The translations under genes were made by a program, and so were the position numbers. From Octopus bimaculoides (Eukaryota): DNA of 47,849 bases. Location: contig NC_069002.1 in assembly GCF_001194135.2 (NCBI RefSeq), forward strand, positions 31,400,617 to 31,448,465. The letters are read 5' to 3'. How positions within the stretch are numbered: position 1 is the first letter of the stretch; each line of letters starts with the position of its first letter. This document shows positions 10,501-21,990 of this stretch, in pieces. Under the pieces are notes generated by a model, which was not told where the DNA came from, did no database searches, and was given only the letters and a program-made list of their open reading frames with translations.

Positions 10501-11934
10501 CCTAAAAAAAAAAGGGCTCAAGAAGAGAAAAAAAAAGTATAAAAGTACGAATTGTGTGTGCTTGTGTGTGGAGAGAGAAGAGAGTACAAAATGAGAGATA
10601 AATAGAGTGAGAAGAAAGATTTCCTTAAAAATGAGAAGCTAGAAAATGATAAGAGATATTCAAACAGTTTAAATGAATGGAAGAAAACGTCAGTGATGAA
10701 GAATTAGAATTAGAAAAAAAGCGAGAGTGAAAGACATTAGTCAGTTAAGAGATTCTAAGGTAATGGAAGCAGAGAGATGGGCGTGTCACCCATCCCTTGG
10801 TGCTACACAGGAACTAGGATGCGATGTGTTGTCCATCGGGAGCCATGTGGGCAATTTAATAGCAGTTTTGTTTCTTTTTACAAAAGAAGGAAGGAAGGAA
10901 GGGTTAATGAGTTTTTTTGGCTGAGGAAATAAATTACGCTTTTTTAATTTATTTTAAGTTTTTTTTTTTTCAACGAACTTGACAATAGTAACTTTTTAGT
11001 TGTCTTTCATATATTATTTGCGGGATCAAGGTATATTATATGATCCTTATATGATAAGTTTTGGATTTTAATTTTAATTCACCTGAAGAAAATGGTGTTT
11101 TTTATTTTTTTCATGATGTAATTGGTGAATCAATAAAAAAAACTTGTCTGAAATAGCTCTAGTGAACCTCAGACCATATGCGATTGGCTTGAAAAATTAA
11201 GACACAAGGATATTTTCCTGCTTTTGTTAACATAAAACTCACAAATAATTAAAAAATTATATTCACCAATGCGACGTTGAGCACTCATTTTCATCGCCCA
11301 ACGAGAGCGAGAGAGAGAGAGAGAGGACTCGAAACTGGAATGTTATATATAAACAGAAATGCGGTGCCCCTACATGGCCGCAGTCTAATGACAGAAACAA
11401 GATTATATATATATGTATATATATATATATATATATACACACACATGTGTTAACGTGCGACTTCGTTTCTCACGATCATTAATCTTATCGAATGCTCTCT
11501 TGGAGAGAGAGAGAGAGAGAGAAAGAGTGTGTGTGTGTTAGTACGTGTATATAGTGTGAATGTTTCTTCCTCCCGTGGTGTGTATACAGCAAGTTACATT
11601 CAACGATTAACACAAAAAATCTAAGAGAGATGAATGTTTATACTTTCTTATTTACAAGATATCCTATACCATTATCTTAACATCGATAAGGTGTATGTGC
11701 GAACAAATGTGTGTATATATACATATATATGCATCATACACGCGCACACAAATATACATATATATAGACATATATATATACGCACACAAATACATACACA
11801 CATTATACATACAAATATACACACATGTGTGAGCATAATTAGCATATGCGGGTGTTCAATAGACGAGCCTATAAAGTCAAGCAATGTTCAATGATGGAAC
11901 TGTTTTAAATAATGTCTAACATGTGTTTCATGAC

Positions 11935-11965
<31 letters not shown>

Positions 11966-12224
11966 ATATACATACACACACTCATAGAGCAGTCATACAA
12001 TAGACAGTTAGTTTAGTAGCATGTCGGTGATATTATTACTACCACTAATACTACTACTACTCGTGTAGTTCACTTCCAGTAGCTACCCCCACAGACAGGG
12101 CAGTTTGCCAAAGTTGAGAAGTTCTCTTATCTACCGTCTTTTATGGCGCTACCAGAACACCATCACCACCACCACCACCACCACCTGCAACACTATCACC
12201 TTCACAAGTATTACCACCACCACC

Positions 12225-12745
12225 CCCAAGGCCTAGTCACTCGATCTACTAAGAATAACAGCTAAACCACACGACCCTCGTAAAAATAAGAGACACAAGA
12301 TATATAATCCTATGTACAACGTACACGAAAAGGTGGGATGGCCATGCCAGGATGGTCTTTAATCCTACGTCTACTCAAGCAGGACTGACCTGAGGTGAAA
12401 CAACCCTAACCACAACCTTCAACCAGGATATGAACTAACGGGAAAAAAAAAAGATCACATGGTGGTAATTGACTTGTTAGAAATAGCAGTTAAATTTCCC
12501 CTCGTACTTATCTCCACACACGTTGGATAAGGTTTCTGGACCGATGGTTAAACTGCAACGCTATTACCACCAGACACCTATCATGGTATGAAGCAACTAA
12601 GAAACAACGGTGGTTTGACCTGGTAGAAATAGCAGCCAAATTTTTCCCTCGAATCACACGTTGGATGATAGGGATTTGGGGTTGGCGGGACTATCTGATA
12701 ATAGGTCTGTCTGCCTGATCTGGGTTGACCAAGGGCTGAAGAAAG
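12225..12745. repeat. Cluster of fragments of interspersed repeat family E (AGAAATAGCAGCCAAATCTCCCTCAAATCAC / CAGGACTGACCTG)
   Basis: The same motifs recur near 38630, 39060, 39260, 39480, 40520, 40780, 42190, 43795 and 47670. Confidence 0.6.
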
Positions 12746-12774
12746 GAACCATCAGTCACACCGTCGACCTATCA

Positions 12775-12825
<51 letters not shown>

Positions 12826-13653
12826 TATGACACCCCATAAGCTATAAACAAATATATATTAACAACACGTGCTTTACGCAGTAAAATATTTTACTATTAT
12901 TAAACTACACTTTACATACACACCCACCTTATATATGTGAAATGTGGGTGTGTATCTAATGAGTGTTTTTGTGAGTGCGTATATAAGAATAGCGAGTATC
13001 GAAGAAGAGAGGGAGAAAGAGAAAGACGAAACGAAAGAGAAAGACGAAACGAAAGAGAGAAAGCAAGAAATGGCGAGAGACGAATGGGAAACAAAGGAAG
13101 AGACAAAGAGAGGAAGGCCAGTAAGAGAGAGTGACAGATTAAAACAATGTCAGAGGGAGAGAGAGAGAAACACAAAGTGAGAGAAAATGAGATAAATGGA
13201 ATGAGAAAGAAAGAGAGTGAGAAGACAAAGAGACAGAATAAGACAAAGAGAAAGAGTGAGAAAGAAAGACAAAGATGAAAAAAAGGTTGAGAAAGAGAGA
13301 CGTAGACATGAGGTTGGTGTTTAAATTTTGTTTCCACAACACTGATTGTGGATTTCATTTTATTCCTTCCTAGGATATTTAATTAATGATTATTAGTAAT
13401 AATAAGTAATTAATAGAAAGTAATTAGCAGGGAAATGAAGAGGGGGCCTAAATGATAAATTAAATCTCTGATATTGGAAAACGAAGCTTAAGGAATTGTA
13501 CGCAGATAAGGCTGAGGTTTATAGACAAAGAAAAAATATATACACACATAGTGGGTGTGGACAGTTTAGTGTGTGTATATATATATATATATATACAGCG
13601 TGTGGCGTTAAGACAAAAGAATAAGACGTATGTGTGTATGTATGTGTGTATAT

Positions 13654-13711
<58 letters not shown>

Positions 13712-13870
13712 ATATATTATTCGCACATGGAGATACCTTGTGTATTATATAGATAGCTATAACTTCCTTTTTTTCCCCACATGTGGACCACAACAATGTA
13801 ATATATTCAGCTTATTATATACCGCTCACATATATGTATATATTATACAATATTTATACACATGCACAGG

Positions 13871-13933
<63 letters not shown>

Positions 13934-14371
13934 ATCACCATATATAATGCATGTTGGTAGATAGATTTCAGTGAGTATATAATCTCGATGTCTATGTATA
14001 CATACATATATATACAGATACATACAGACATACATACACACCCTTTCGTCTCGCATGGTGACAAGGCTACATACAATAATGCCAAGTCGCCAACTGACCA
14101 GCCAGGATCTGCTGGTGCCAAGAGAAAAGACAAGTAAAAAATGGAAAGGTAAAACAATGGAACACTGAACGGTGCTAAAAAGAAAAAATGGGGAATCTGG
14201 TAAACTAGCATTTATTTTAAGAGGTCTGCGTAAAATCGGGTCTTCAATGTTAGTAAAATTATTTGGGAGGTGAGAGTTGAAATAAGGGACTTTATATTTA
14301 TCAGATTAAGCATATCGAAAACAGATCATTGTATAGACATACGAGTGCACACACACACACACACAACACAA

Positions 14372-14407
<36 letters not shown>

Positions 14408-14666
14408 GTGCGCACACACGCTTTGTAAATACATACGTATATGTAGTTATACATTATGGTTATGTAAAAATATGCTTTGGATGAACGTGTGTCGACATGC
14501 AAAGGTTATAGAATTCCAAATTAATACAAAATCAGATCGTATATAATAGGCGATCTTTAAATATATATGCACACACACACTCACACCTCGATGTGTATAT
14601 ATATATATATACACACATCGAAGTAGTTCTTGAGTAGGTTTCTAGGTATGTAACAATGAAACTTAC

Positions 14667-15303
14667 CAGTATGTGTTCGTAGGTGAGTCTTGAGGTGACT
14701 GTTCTTTGTGTATTTTTTTCCACAATTAGGCACATGGCATACATGTACACGTTTGGGGCCAGTTGCCTTTCGGCCCTTGAGGGGATGAACTGTTTCTGCA
14801 TCAACAACACTGGAGGGAGCGGGAATAAAGTCCGAAGGAGGGGTGAAGATCATTGGAAGGTACTGTTGTTGATTTGACATTGGGGGTACATTTTCTGTAG
14901 AAAGTCCACTGGAAACTGGCGAGAGCTTCCGTCGCTTCCGTTGTCGGGATGGATCGCCTATCAAAACGGTACCACCCTGCATTAAAGCATTGTTTTCGGT
15001 TAGATTTCTAGAATTCACTTTTACTCTTTTACTTGGTTTCATAACTGGTAAAGCAGGTCGTCTTCTATTCAAATTCTGTCTGAGGCCGGCAAATTTACAT
15101 TCTAATTCAGTGGTTACTTGGTAATCGTCTCGGACATATTCCTGCAAGTGGCCACCTTTCTGGAGTTTCATGATTTCATCCCGATGCAGGAATGTATTAT
15201 GTTTCATATCGCACAGCTGGCTCGCGGCCACAATCATTTCTTCGATATCTCGAGGGATATCGACCGGACGGACGGTATCTAAGTTTTTAGATTGGGGTGA
15301 CAT
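14667..15303 (-). CDS. KLF: KLF coding exon 1 (N-terminal domain and zinc finger 1), Kruppel-like factor, probably KLF9/13 (BTEB) group
   Basis: ATG at 15303 with A at -3 and an in-frame upstream TAA at 15360-15358. 637 nt ending HTG, donor GTAAGT 14666-14661 in phase 1, matching exon 2. ZF1 is KRVHVCHVPNCGKKYTKNSHLKTHLRTHTG. Basic NLS-like RQRKRRK at 14946-14926. Confidence 0.95.
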
Positions 15304-15492
15304 TGTTCCGTTTTTATTTTTATTTTCTCTATCTCTACTTCGTGTGTCTGTGAATGTTTAAGCAACGATCGACGAAGGACGGCTGCGAGATAGAAAAGAA
15401 AAAAAAAATATGACAAGATGGTCCAACGTGGGTGGTGACAGGTAAAAAAAATGAATGATGTAGTTGGCGGAGGAAAGAAGCCGCACAGCGAT

Positions 15493-15510
15493 TCACAAGT
15501 CAGTAGTCAT
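15493..15510 (-). promoter_or_regulatory. Short upstream ORF (MTTDL*) in the predicted 5' UTR
   Basis: ATG ACT ACT GAC TTG TGA. It is the only ATG found between the predicted TSS and the main ATG. Confidence 0.4.
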
Positions 15511-15515
15511 TCTCC

Positions 15516-15551
15516 AACTAAAGCAATTCTAACGAAGGCAAGTTTTATATA
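15516..15551 (-). promoter_or_regulatory. Core promoter: TATA box and initiator, predicted TSS about 15519
   Basis: TATATAAAA at 15551-15543. Inr-like TTAGTT has its A at 15519, 30 nt downstream of TATAAAA and 216 nt upstream of the ATG. Confidence 0.65.
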
Positions 15552-15617
15552 TGCCTTGCCGACTGCTGCTGATTGCTCAAACTAAAAGCGCGCCATTCCA
15601 AAAGGGTCAGCGAGTGT

Positions 15618-15647
15618 TGGGCGTGTCTACAGATGGGTGGTCACCCC
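15618..15647. promoter_or_regulatory. GC/GT-box cluster (GGGCGTG; inverted CACCC pair GGGTGGTCACCC)
   Basis: GGGCGTGT 15619-15626 and GGGTGGTCACCC 15635-15646, about 100-130 nt upstream of the predicted TSS. These are Sp/KLF consensus sites. Confidence 0.45.
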
Positions 15648-16015
15648 TCTTCACAGCCATCCGGCTTGAGACTCAAACAAAACAATAAGTAACAAAAATT
15701 AAAAATACAAAATACACACACTCACAACGTGAAATGTTTGTTATTAACGTTTAGTCACTGACATTATTCAAGGTGAATAAAGTTAAAAGAAAAATACAAA
15801 ACGAAAACCGCGAAGTTTTGNNNNNNNNNNNNNNNNNNNNNNNNNNNNNNNNNNNNNNNNNNNNNNNNNNNNNNNNNNNNNNNNNNNNNNNNNNNNNNNN
15901 NNNNNNNNNNNNNNNNNNNNNNNNNNNNNNNNNNNNNNNNNNNNNNNNNNNNNNNNNNNNNNNNNNNNNNNNNNNNNNNNNNNNNNNNNNNNNNNNNNNN
16001 NNNNNNNNNNNNNNN

Positions 16016-16050
<35 letters not shown>

Positions 16051-16796
16051 CGCGCACAAATATACATATATATATATACACACACAAAATATACACATGC
16101 ATGTGTGTGTATATTTGTTTACAAATTGACGCGAACAACAATGATTCATTGAAAAGTGTTTACTTAAAGTTAGTAACACGAATTCCACTGCTTATTTATA
16201 AGGATTAAATTTAATATTTCTAATGAGAGCCAACATTTTTTGGGGGTTTTTTTTTAAGATATAGGGGAGGACTATATTTGAGCTAGTAAAAAAAGGGCCT
16301 GTGTGTGCGCATGTATGTAGAGGTGTGTGTATGGATGTGTGAGTGTTGGTACGAATGTAATTGTGTGTCTGAATGTGTGTGAGTACATGTATTAAGTGAG
16401 AGTGTACGTGTGTATATATCAATTTGTGTACGCATGTGTATGTAGAAGTATGTGTGTAAGTTGTGTATGCATAAAGTGTGTGTGTGTGTGTATGACTGTA
16501 TGCATGCTAGATATATAATGAGAGAGTGGGTGTGGCTTAGTTACAGCTGGAGTCAGAAGAGGGCGGGAACAACAACATACATTTACATTACATTAAGAAA
16601 GTTGACAGGACACGAAACAGAGAAAGAGAATGAAAACCTTATAACATCGTCAATATTTTTCTATTAACGACCTCATTTAATCGATAAATTTTACTATTAA
16701 TAGAAAAAGTTAACCAGTCTTACTTGTTTATTGTTTTAGTAGTCCCAAAGTCAACTCTTCCAACCGTGACCGTCCCGATCTTTTTTCATAACTATT

Positions 16797-17140
16797 GTTG
16801 GAAGTTTAGTTTCCCAACGACATAGCTACGAGTTCAGTCTCCGCATGGCACCTTGGACAAGTGTCTACTACTATTACCATGGCCCCGGGCCGACTAATGC
16901 CTTGTAAGAGGATTTGGTCGGCGGAAAGTGAAAAAAGCCCGTCTTATACATGTATATTTCTGTGTGAATGTCTTTGTCCCCTACCACTGCTTCACAACAG
17001 GTGTTGGTTTGTTTGTGTCCCCTGTAACCTTAGCGGTTCGGCAAAAAGAGACAGAATAAGTACCCAGCATTATAAAAGTATTGGGATCGATTTGTGCGAC
17101 AAAACCCTCCTGGACAGTGCCCCGCCGTGGCTGAAACAAG
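16797..17140 (+). mobile_element. SINE family A, degenerate
   Basis: GGCACCTTGGACAAGTG and TAACCTTAGCGGTTCGGCAAAAAGAGAC. Confidence 0.75.
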
Positions 17141-17257
17141 TCAAAGAGATGTGTCCAGTACATCATTTTAGACCAGTCATGAGCAAACTGCGGCCCGAGA
17201 CATTCCAGGTGGCATACTCAAACGAAAAATTATCTTTTTCTTTTTTTTAAGTAGCAG

Positions 17258-17597
17258 ATGTAGCTGTGTGGTATGAAGTTTGTTTCCCAACCACATGGTT
17301 CCAGGTTCACTCCCACTGTGTCTCCTACTGTAGTCTCAGGCCAACCAAACCCTTGTGATTGGATTTGGTGAACGGAAACTGAAAGAAGCCCGTCGTATAT
17401 CTATGTGTGTGCTTTTATCCCCACCACCACTTGACAACCGGTGTTGGTGTGTTTACATCCCCATAACTTATCAGCTCTGCAAAAGAGTCTGACAGAATAA
17501 GCACCAGACTTAACAAGATGTACTGGGATTGATTCAGTCAACTAACAATTCAAGGCAGTGCCCCAGCATGACCGCAGTCTAACGACTGAAACAAAAG
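17258..17597 (+). mobile_element. SINE family A, degenerate
   Basis: Colinear with the family consensus from the tRNA-like head to GACTGAAACAA. Confidence 0.8.
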
Positions 17598-17724
17598 ATT
17601 CAAGTGTTGTTAAGCCCACCTAATGAGTCAAGTCTCGTGTGGCCCTCTTCTCATAAATCTCTGATGGTATTTGTCTATGGGTTCTTGCTACTGTTAATTA
17701 GTGCAATTTGGTTCTATACAGCAT

Positions 17725-18145
17725 CAAAGAGAATCTTGAGAAGCAAATTATGTCTCCAGATATATCTATCTAGCACCAGGAATCAATTGGAAAAAATGTG
17801 TTTCAGTGTTAATGCTTTCCCCAACATCTTTATCAATTACTCTTCACTGCCTTCCATTGTATCGAGTTTGAAAATGGCAAGATACCATAGGATGAGCGAA
17901 AGAAAGATGAAAAACTCTGTGTTCCGTTTTATGTATTTCCTCCCAGCTAATTTTTCTCCTGATTACATGTTCTTCTCATCATGTCATCTAACCTTGTTGA
18001 GGGACTGAATCAGGCAAAGCTCTTTTCTCCCTATTTCCTCTGCTTTCACACTGTTTCTTCCAACAAATCTGGATTCACTCTGCGGCATCAAACTTAAGAA
18101 TGCTCTGGAAAAATCTGAGCCAACTCCAAGACATTTCTGGTCAAT
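17725..18145 (-). mobile_element. Hero-like (RLE) non-LTR retrotransposon relic
   Basis: Frameshifted minus-strand peptides HVIRRKISWEEI, SFFRSSYGILPFSNSIQW, TLKHIFSN and DRYIWRHNLLLKIL match the Hero-type region around the CCHC finger. Confidence 0.65.
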
Positions 18146-18158
18146 TTGTGTGGCACTT

Positions 18159-18360
18159 TTAACACTTTAGCATTTAAACTAGTCATATTTGACCCAAGTA
18201 TTCTACTTGCTTTATGTTCAAACTGGTTAATTCTGGCCTCTCACATCTACCCTACAATGTCGTTCTAAAAATAAACAATCATATCATTAAAATCTCAAAG
18301 CTAATAGCTAACACGTGGTTAATTCAAAACAATGTGAATAAATAAGCATTAACAGAGTAA
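18159..18360 (+). mobile_element. piggyBac-like MITE family F, 3' end cut off by a family C SINE
   Basis: TTAA-CACTTTAGCATT terminus, colinear with 23330-23687. Confidence 0.75.
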
Positions 18361-18590
18361 TCATCATCATCATTTAACGTCCGCTTTCCATGCTGGCATG
18401 GGTTGGACGATTTGACTGAAGACTGGTGAACCAGATGCCTACACCAGGCTCCAATCTGATTTGGCAGAGTTTCTACAGCTGGATGCCCTTCCTAATGCCA
18501 ACCACTCCGAGAGTGTAGTGGGTGCTTTTATGTGCCACCGGCACGAAGGCCAGTCAGGCGGTACTGGCAACGACCACGCTCAAAATGGTG
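18360..18590 (-). mobile_element. SINE-like family C copy
   Basis: Starts with (ATC)n, the reverse complement of the tail. High identity to 1181-1365. Confidence 0.85.
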
Positions 18591-18665
18591 AGAGAAATGG
18601 ATAAAGCAAGAGAGAAATGGATAAAGCAAGAGAGAAATGGATAAAGCAAGAGAGAAACAGATAAG
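18590..18665. repeat. 20-bp tandem repeat GAGAAATGGATAAAGCAAGA x3+
   Basis: Direct reading of the sequence. Confidence 0.85.
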
Positions 18666-19799
18666 GTGAGAGAGAGAGAATATAAGAGAGATAAATGGAG
18701 AAGAGAGAAATGGAGAAGAAAAAGAGAATATGAGAGAGAAATTGATGAGAGAAAGAGAGAGACAATGAATTGACACCAATAAGGGTTTTTGGTGCTTTTT
18801 TGTCCCAGCATTAAACAACTTGCTATCCACTTGGAAATGGTCAACATGTTTATTTCACTCAAGCAGCAGCTACACAGCAAGAATAAACTTCCATGGATAC
18901 AATGTTTTTACCATTTTTCAAACTATGCCAGTATTATGATCTCAATGCAAAGCCTTTGCGGTACAATCAGATTCCAACCTACTAAACATGAAATGAAAGC
19001 AAAGTGTTCTTGTTGATGGTTAACCTGACACGAGTTTCAGCAGTGCCACTGGTAGAGTGTATACTGCAAATGCCAGTTTCCATGAATGCTTCTGTCTACA
19101 ACTTCTTTGTAAAATGGGAGTTTCAAGTTTATTCCAAGACCTTTGAAGGATCAGCAGTAAAGTTTGCATCTCCTTCAGAAAGAGTCATACTTTAGACCTA
19201 CATTGCAGGAGAAAGATGTTCTTTGAGATGCAAGATAATCATAAGCTTGTGTACCTCAGACAGCCAAGAGTCTGTAAACCATCTAATCTGCTTCATCTCA
19301 AGTATTGTGACAACCTCACCAAAAATTCCAAGCTTTAAGCTCAACAGTTGTACCCCAGCATGAAAATAGGGCATACAGATAAACTGTGTGTAAAAAATCT
19401 CACTAAAAATACTACCTCTGCCACTAATATATATTTCTTAAGACGCTAACTGGCTAATCGCAACACCAGTGCCTGTTTTGGCACCGTTTGAGAGAGATAG
19501 GAGTCACTGCTATCTCTAGCAGCCGAGTGGCCATGACCGAGGAGATCAAGGAAGATTGAAGTCATGTGATTTGGTGGTCTCATTGCTGGAATTGGTGGGG
19601 GTGGTTATCTCCCCCTGGCAATATTGACAAATGTGCATTCTACATCAAAAGTCTATATGAGAGTTTCTTTCATGGTAAATTCTACAGTAAAGTTTATTTT
19701 AACAAAACATCCACATTTAATTGAGAAAAAATATATATCTATATAATGCTGTCCTCATTGACAAGCTCAAAAATATAAGTGAGCAAGAGCATCAAAAAG

Positions 19800-20160
19800 A
19801 TGGCCTCTTTCGACTAAATGATTTTCTGAGAAGAATACACTTTGGCTCACAAAAGAACTTTAGAAGCTCTGAGCAGGAAACTGCCGAATTCTCATGACAA
19901 TAGATCTCAAATGGTCAGAGCAGCACTCAAGTGATCAGAGTGGCCCTCAAATGGTCAGATGGCTTCTGTTAGTTCCACCAAGTCATCTAATAAGAAACAA
20001 AAGCCAATGAATTTCTTGATTGCTTTAAACCATCATCACTTTGGATCAAAGTTAAAATCTTCAAACTGTCTACAAACCTAAGAGTCAAACATTTAGGTGA
20101 TCAGCTGTTTGATTATTTGGCCAAAAATATGTCACGAGTCAGCAAAGGAAGATTTCTTTT
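19800..20160 (+). mobile_element. Helitron PIF1-like helicase coding relic
   Basis: Peptides EYTLAHKRTLEALSRKL and ETKANEFLDCFKPSSLWIKVKIFKLSTNLRV match the Helitron helicase motifs DExxMxHK.LEALDRTL and GTxADExNACLKxSxLW...LxTNMR. Confidence 0.7.
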
Positions 20161-20507
20161 CTGTAGTAATGGATCCATGAACCAAGCTCCTATATTAGCA
20201 TAATGGTTAAAACAGAAAAACTGACATTGAAGCTGTTCCACATCATATATTGTAGTCAACGGTTCACTAGTTTTTCTACATCATTTTATTTTCTACTATA
20301 AATACTCTGCCTAATTTCATAAATGCTGTGCATGTATATGCAGCCTTCCAAACAGCAATATACAACCCTGGGTAAATAAATGCATTAGGCCTTATAGTAT
20401 TTAGAATTGGACCCCTGGCCCAGCAGGGTCCCCTGCGCAACTTCCAAGTATTGCCCATGCCTTAAGACACACTTCATGTATGTATACACACACACACACA
20501 CACATAT

Positions 20508-20662
20508 AGTAGTTGTATGTTGTCAACTTAATGTGACAGTCCCATGAAGGGAATAATACTACTGCTATTTAGCCCTAGGAAGCACCACCACTTAGGGCTA
20601 AATAGCAGTAGTATTATTCCCTTCATGGGACTGTCGCATTAAGTTGATAGCATACAACTACT
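20508..20662. repeat. Inverted repeat with 70-bp arms and a 15-bp spacer
   Basis: 20508-20577 versus 20593-20662, with three mismatches. Confidence 0.95.
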
Positions 20663-20708
20663 TTATCATATCACTACTGCATAAATCTCTCTGAGAGATT
20701 TAGAAATG

Positions 20709-20748
<40 letters not shown>

Positions 20749-20756
20749 TACACACA

Positions 20757-20909
20757 ATGGGCTTCTTTCAGTTTCTGTTTACCAAATCCACTCACAACAC
20801 TTTAGTCAGCTCAAGGCTATAGAAGAGGGCTCTTGCCCAAGGTGACACACAGTGGCACTGTAACTAGAACCATGTGGTTGGGAAGCAAACTTTTTACCAC
20901 ACAGCCACT
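20757..20909 (-). mobile_element. SINE family A 5' half
   Basis: Reverse complement of the family head. Confidence 0.8.
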
Positions 20910-21141
20910 GCAAAATTTCCTGAAGAATTATAGACATGAGGTGGCATCAATACGCATTAACCTTCTGGATTTCCAGTCTGTAATTACTAATTATTTCTGC
21001 TTCTTTTTTGTGCTGATTCAACCAAGAAGTGCATACGTGCAGTGTAATAAGTGAACAGGCTAAAGTTGAATACATGAAAATTGTCAGAAATTTGAATATA
21101 AAAGGTAATAGTGGAATTTTTATGAAGCAAAATAATTAATA

Positions 21142-21306
21142 GGCGCAGGAGTGGATGTGTGGTAAATAACTTGCTTACTAACCACATGGCTCTGGATTCA
21201 GTCCCACTACATGGCACCTTGTGCAAGTGTCTCCTGCTATAGCCTTGGGCCGACCAAAGCCTTGTGAGTGGATTTGGTAGACGGAAACTGAAAGAAGCCC
21301 GTCGCA

Positions 21307-21358
<52 letters not shown>

Positions 21359-21570
21359 CATATGTTTGTGTGTCTGTGTTTGTGCCCCCACCATCGCTGG
21401 ACAACCGATGCTGGTATGTTTATGTCCCCATAACCTAGCGGTTCGGCAAAAGAGACTGATTGACTAAGTACTAGGCTTACAAGGAATGAGTCCTGGGGTC
21501 GATTTGTTCGACTAAAGGCGGTGATCCAGCATGACCGCTGTCAAATGAATGAAACGAGTAAAAGAATATA
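21142..21570 (+). mobile_element. SINE family A, full length
   Basis: tRNA-like head, CORE-like motif, internal (TA)/(TG) microsatellite and a GTAAAAGAAT tail. Confidence 0.88.
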
Positions 21571-21629
21571 TCAAAATAAATAAATAAAAGAATATAGATA
21601 TATACAGAGAGAGAGTGAGGAGTGTATGT

Positions 21630-21990
21630 GTGTGTGTCAGTTTGGTAACAAGTTTGCTTCCCAAACATGGCGCTGAGTTCAAACCAGTGAGTGTGGTCTT
21701 GGTAGACGGCAAGTGACAGAAGCCTATCGTGTGTGTGTGTGTGTGTGTGTAAAATGGGAGTGAGAGAGAGAGAGAGAGTTGTGTCTCTTTATGCTTGTGC
21801 TTTTTCTCGCCCCCCCCCCTCCCATACCGCTTGGTTTGTTTACGTCCCCGTAACTTACCGGTCTGACGGAGGTTTACGATAGAATAAGTACCAGACTTTA
21901 AAAATATGTACTACGAGCAATTGGTTTTATTCAAAGCGTTGCCCCAACATGACCACAATCCAATGGCTGAAACAAGTACGAGATAAAAAG
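21630..21990 (+). mobile_element. SINE family A, old degenerate copy
   Basis: GTTTACGTCCCCGTAACTTA, GATAGAATAAGTACCAG and GGCTGAAACAAGTA. Confidence 0.7.

Noticed and set aside
12912-13964. Many ORFs rich in YI, CV, SL, ER or HT
   Set aside because: Translations of (TA)n, (TG)n and (GA)n microsatellites. The same applies to similar ORFs throughout the window and to all ORFs spanning N gaps.
14581-14666. C-terminal extension KFHCYIPRN... of the 240-aa ORF
   Set aside because: Read-through into intron 1 past a canonical GTAAGT donor, ending in (TA)n-derived residues.
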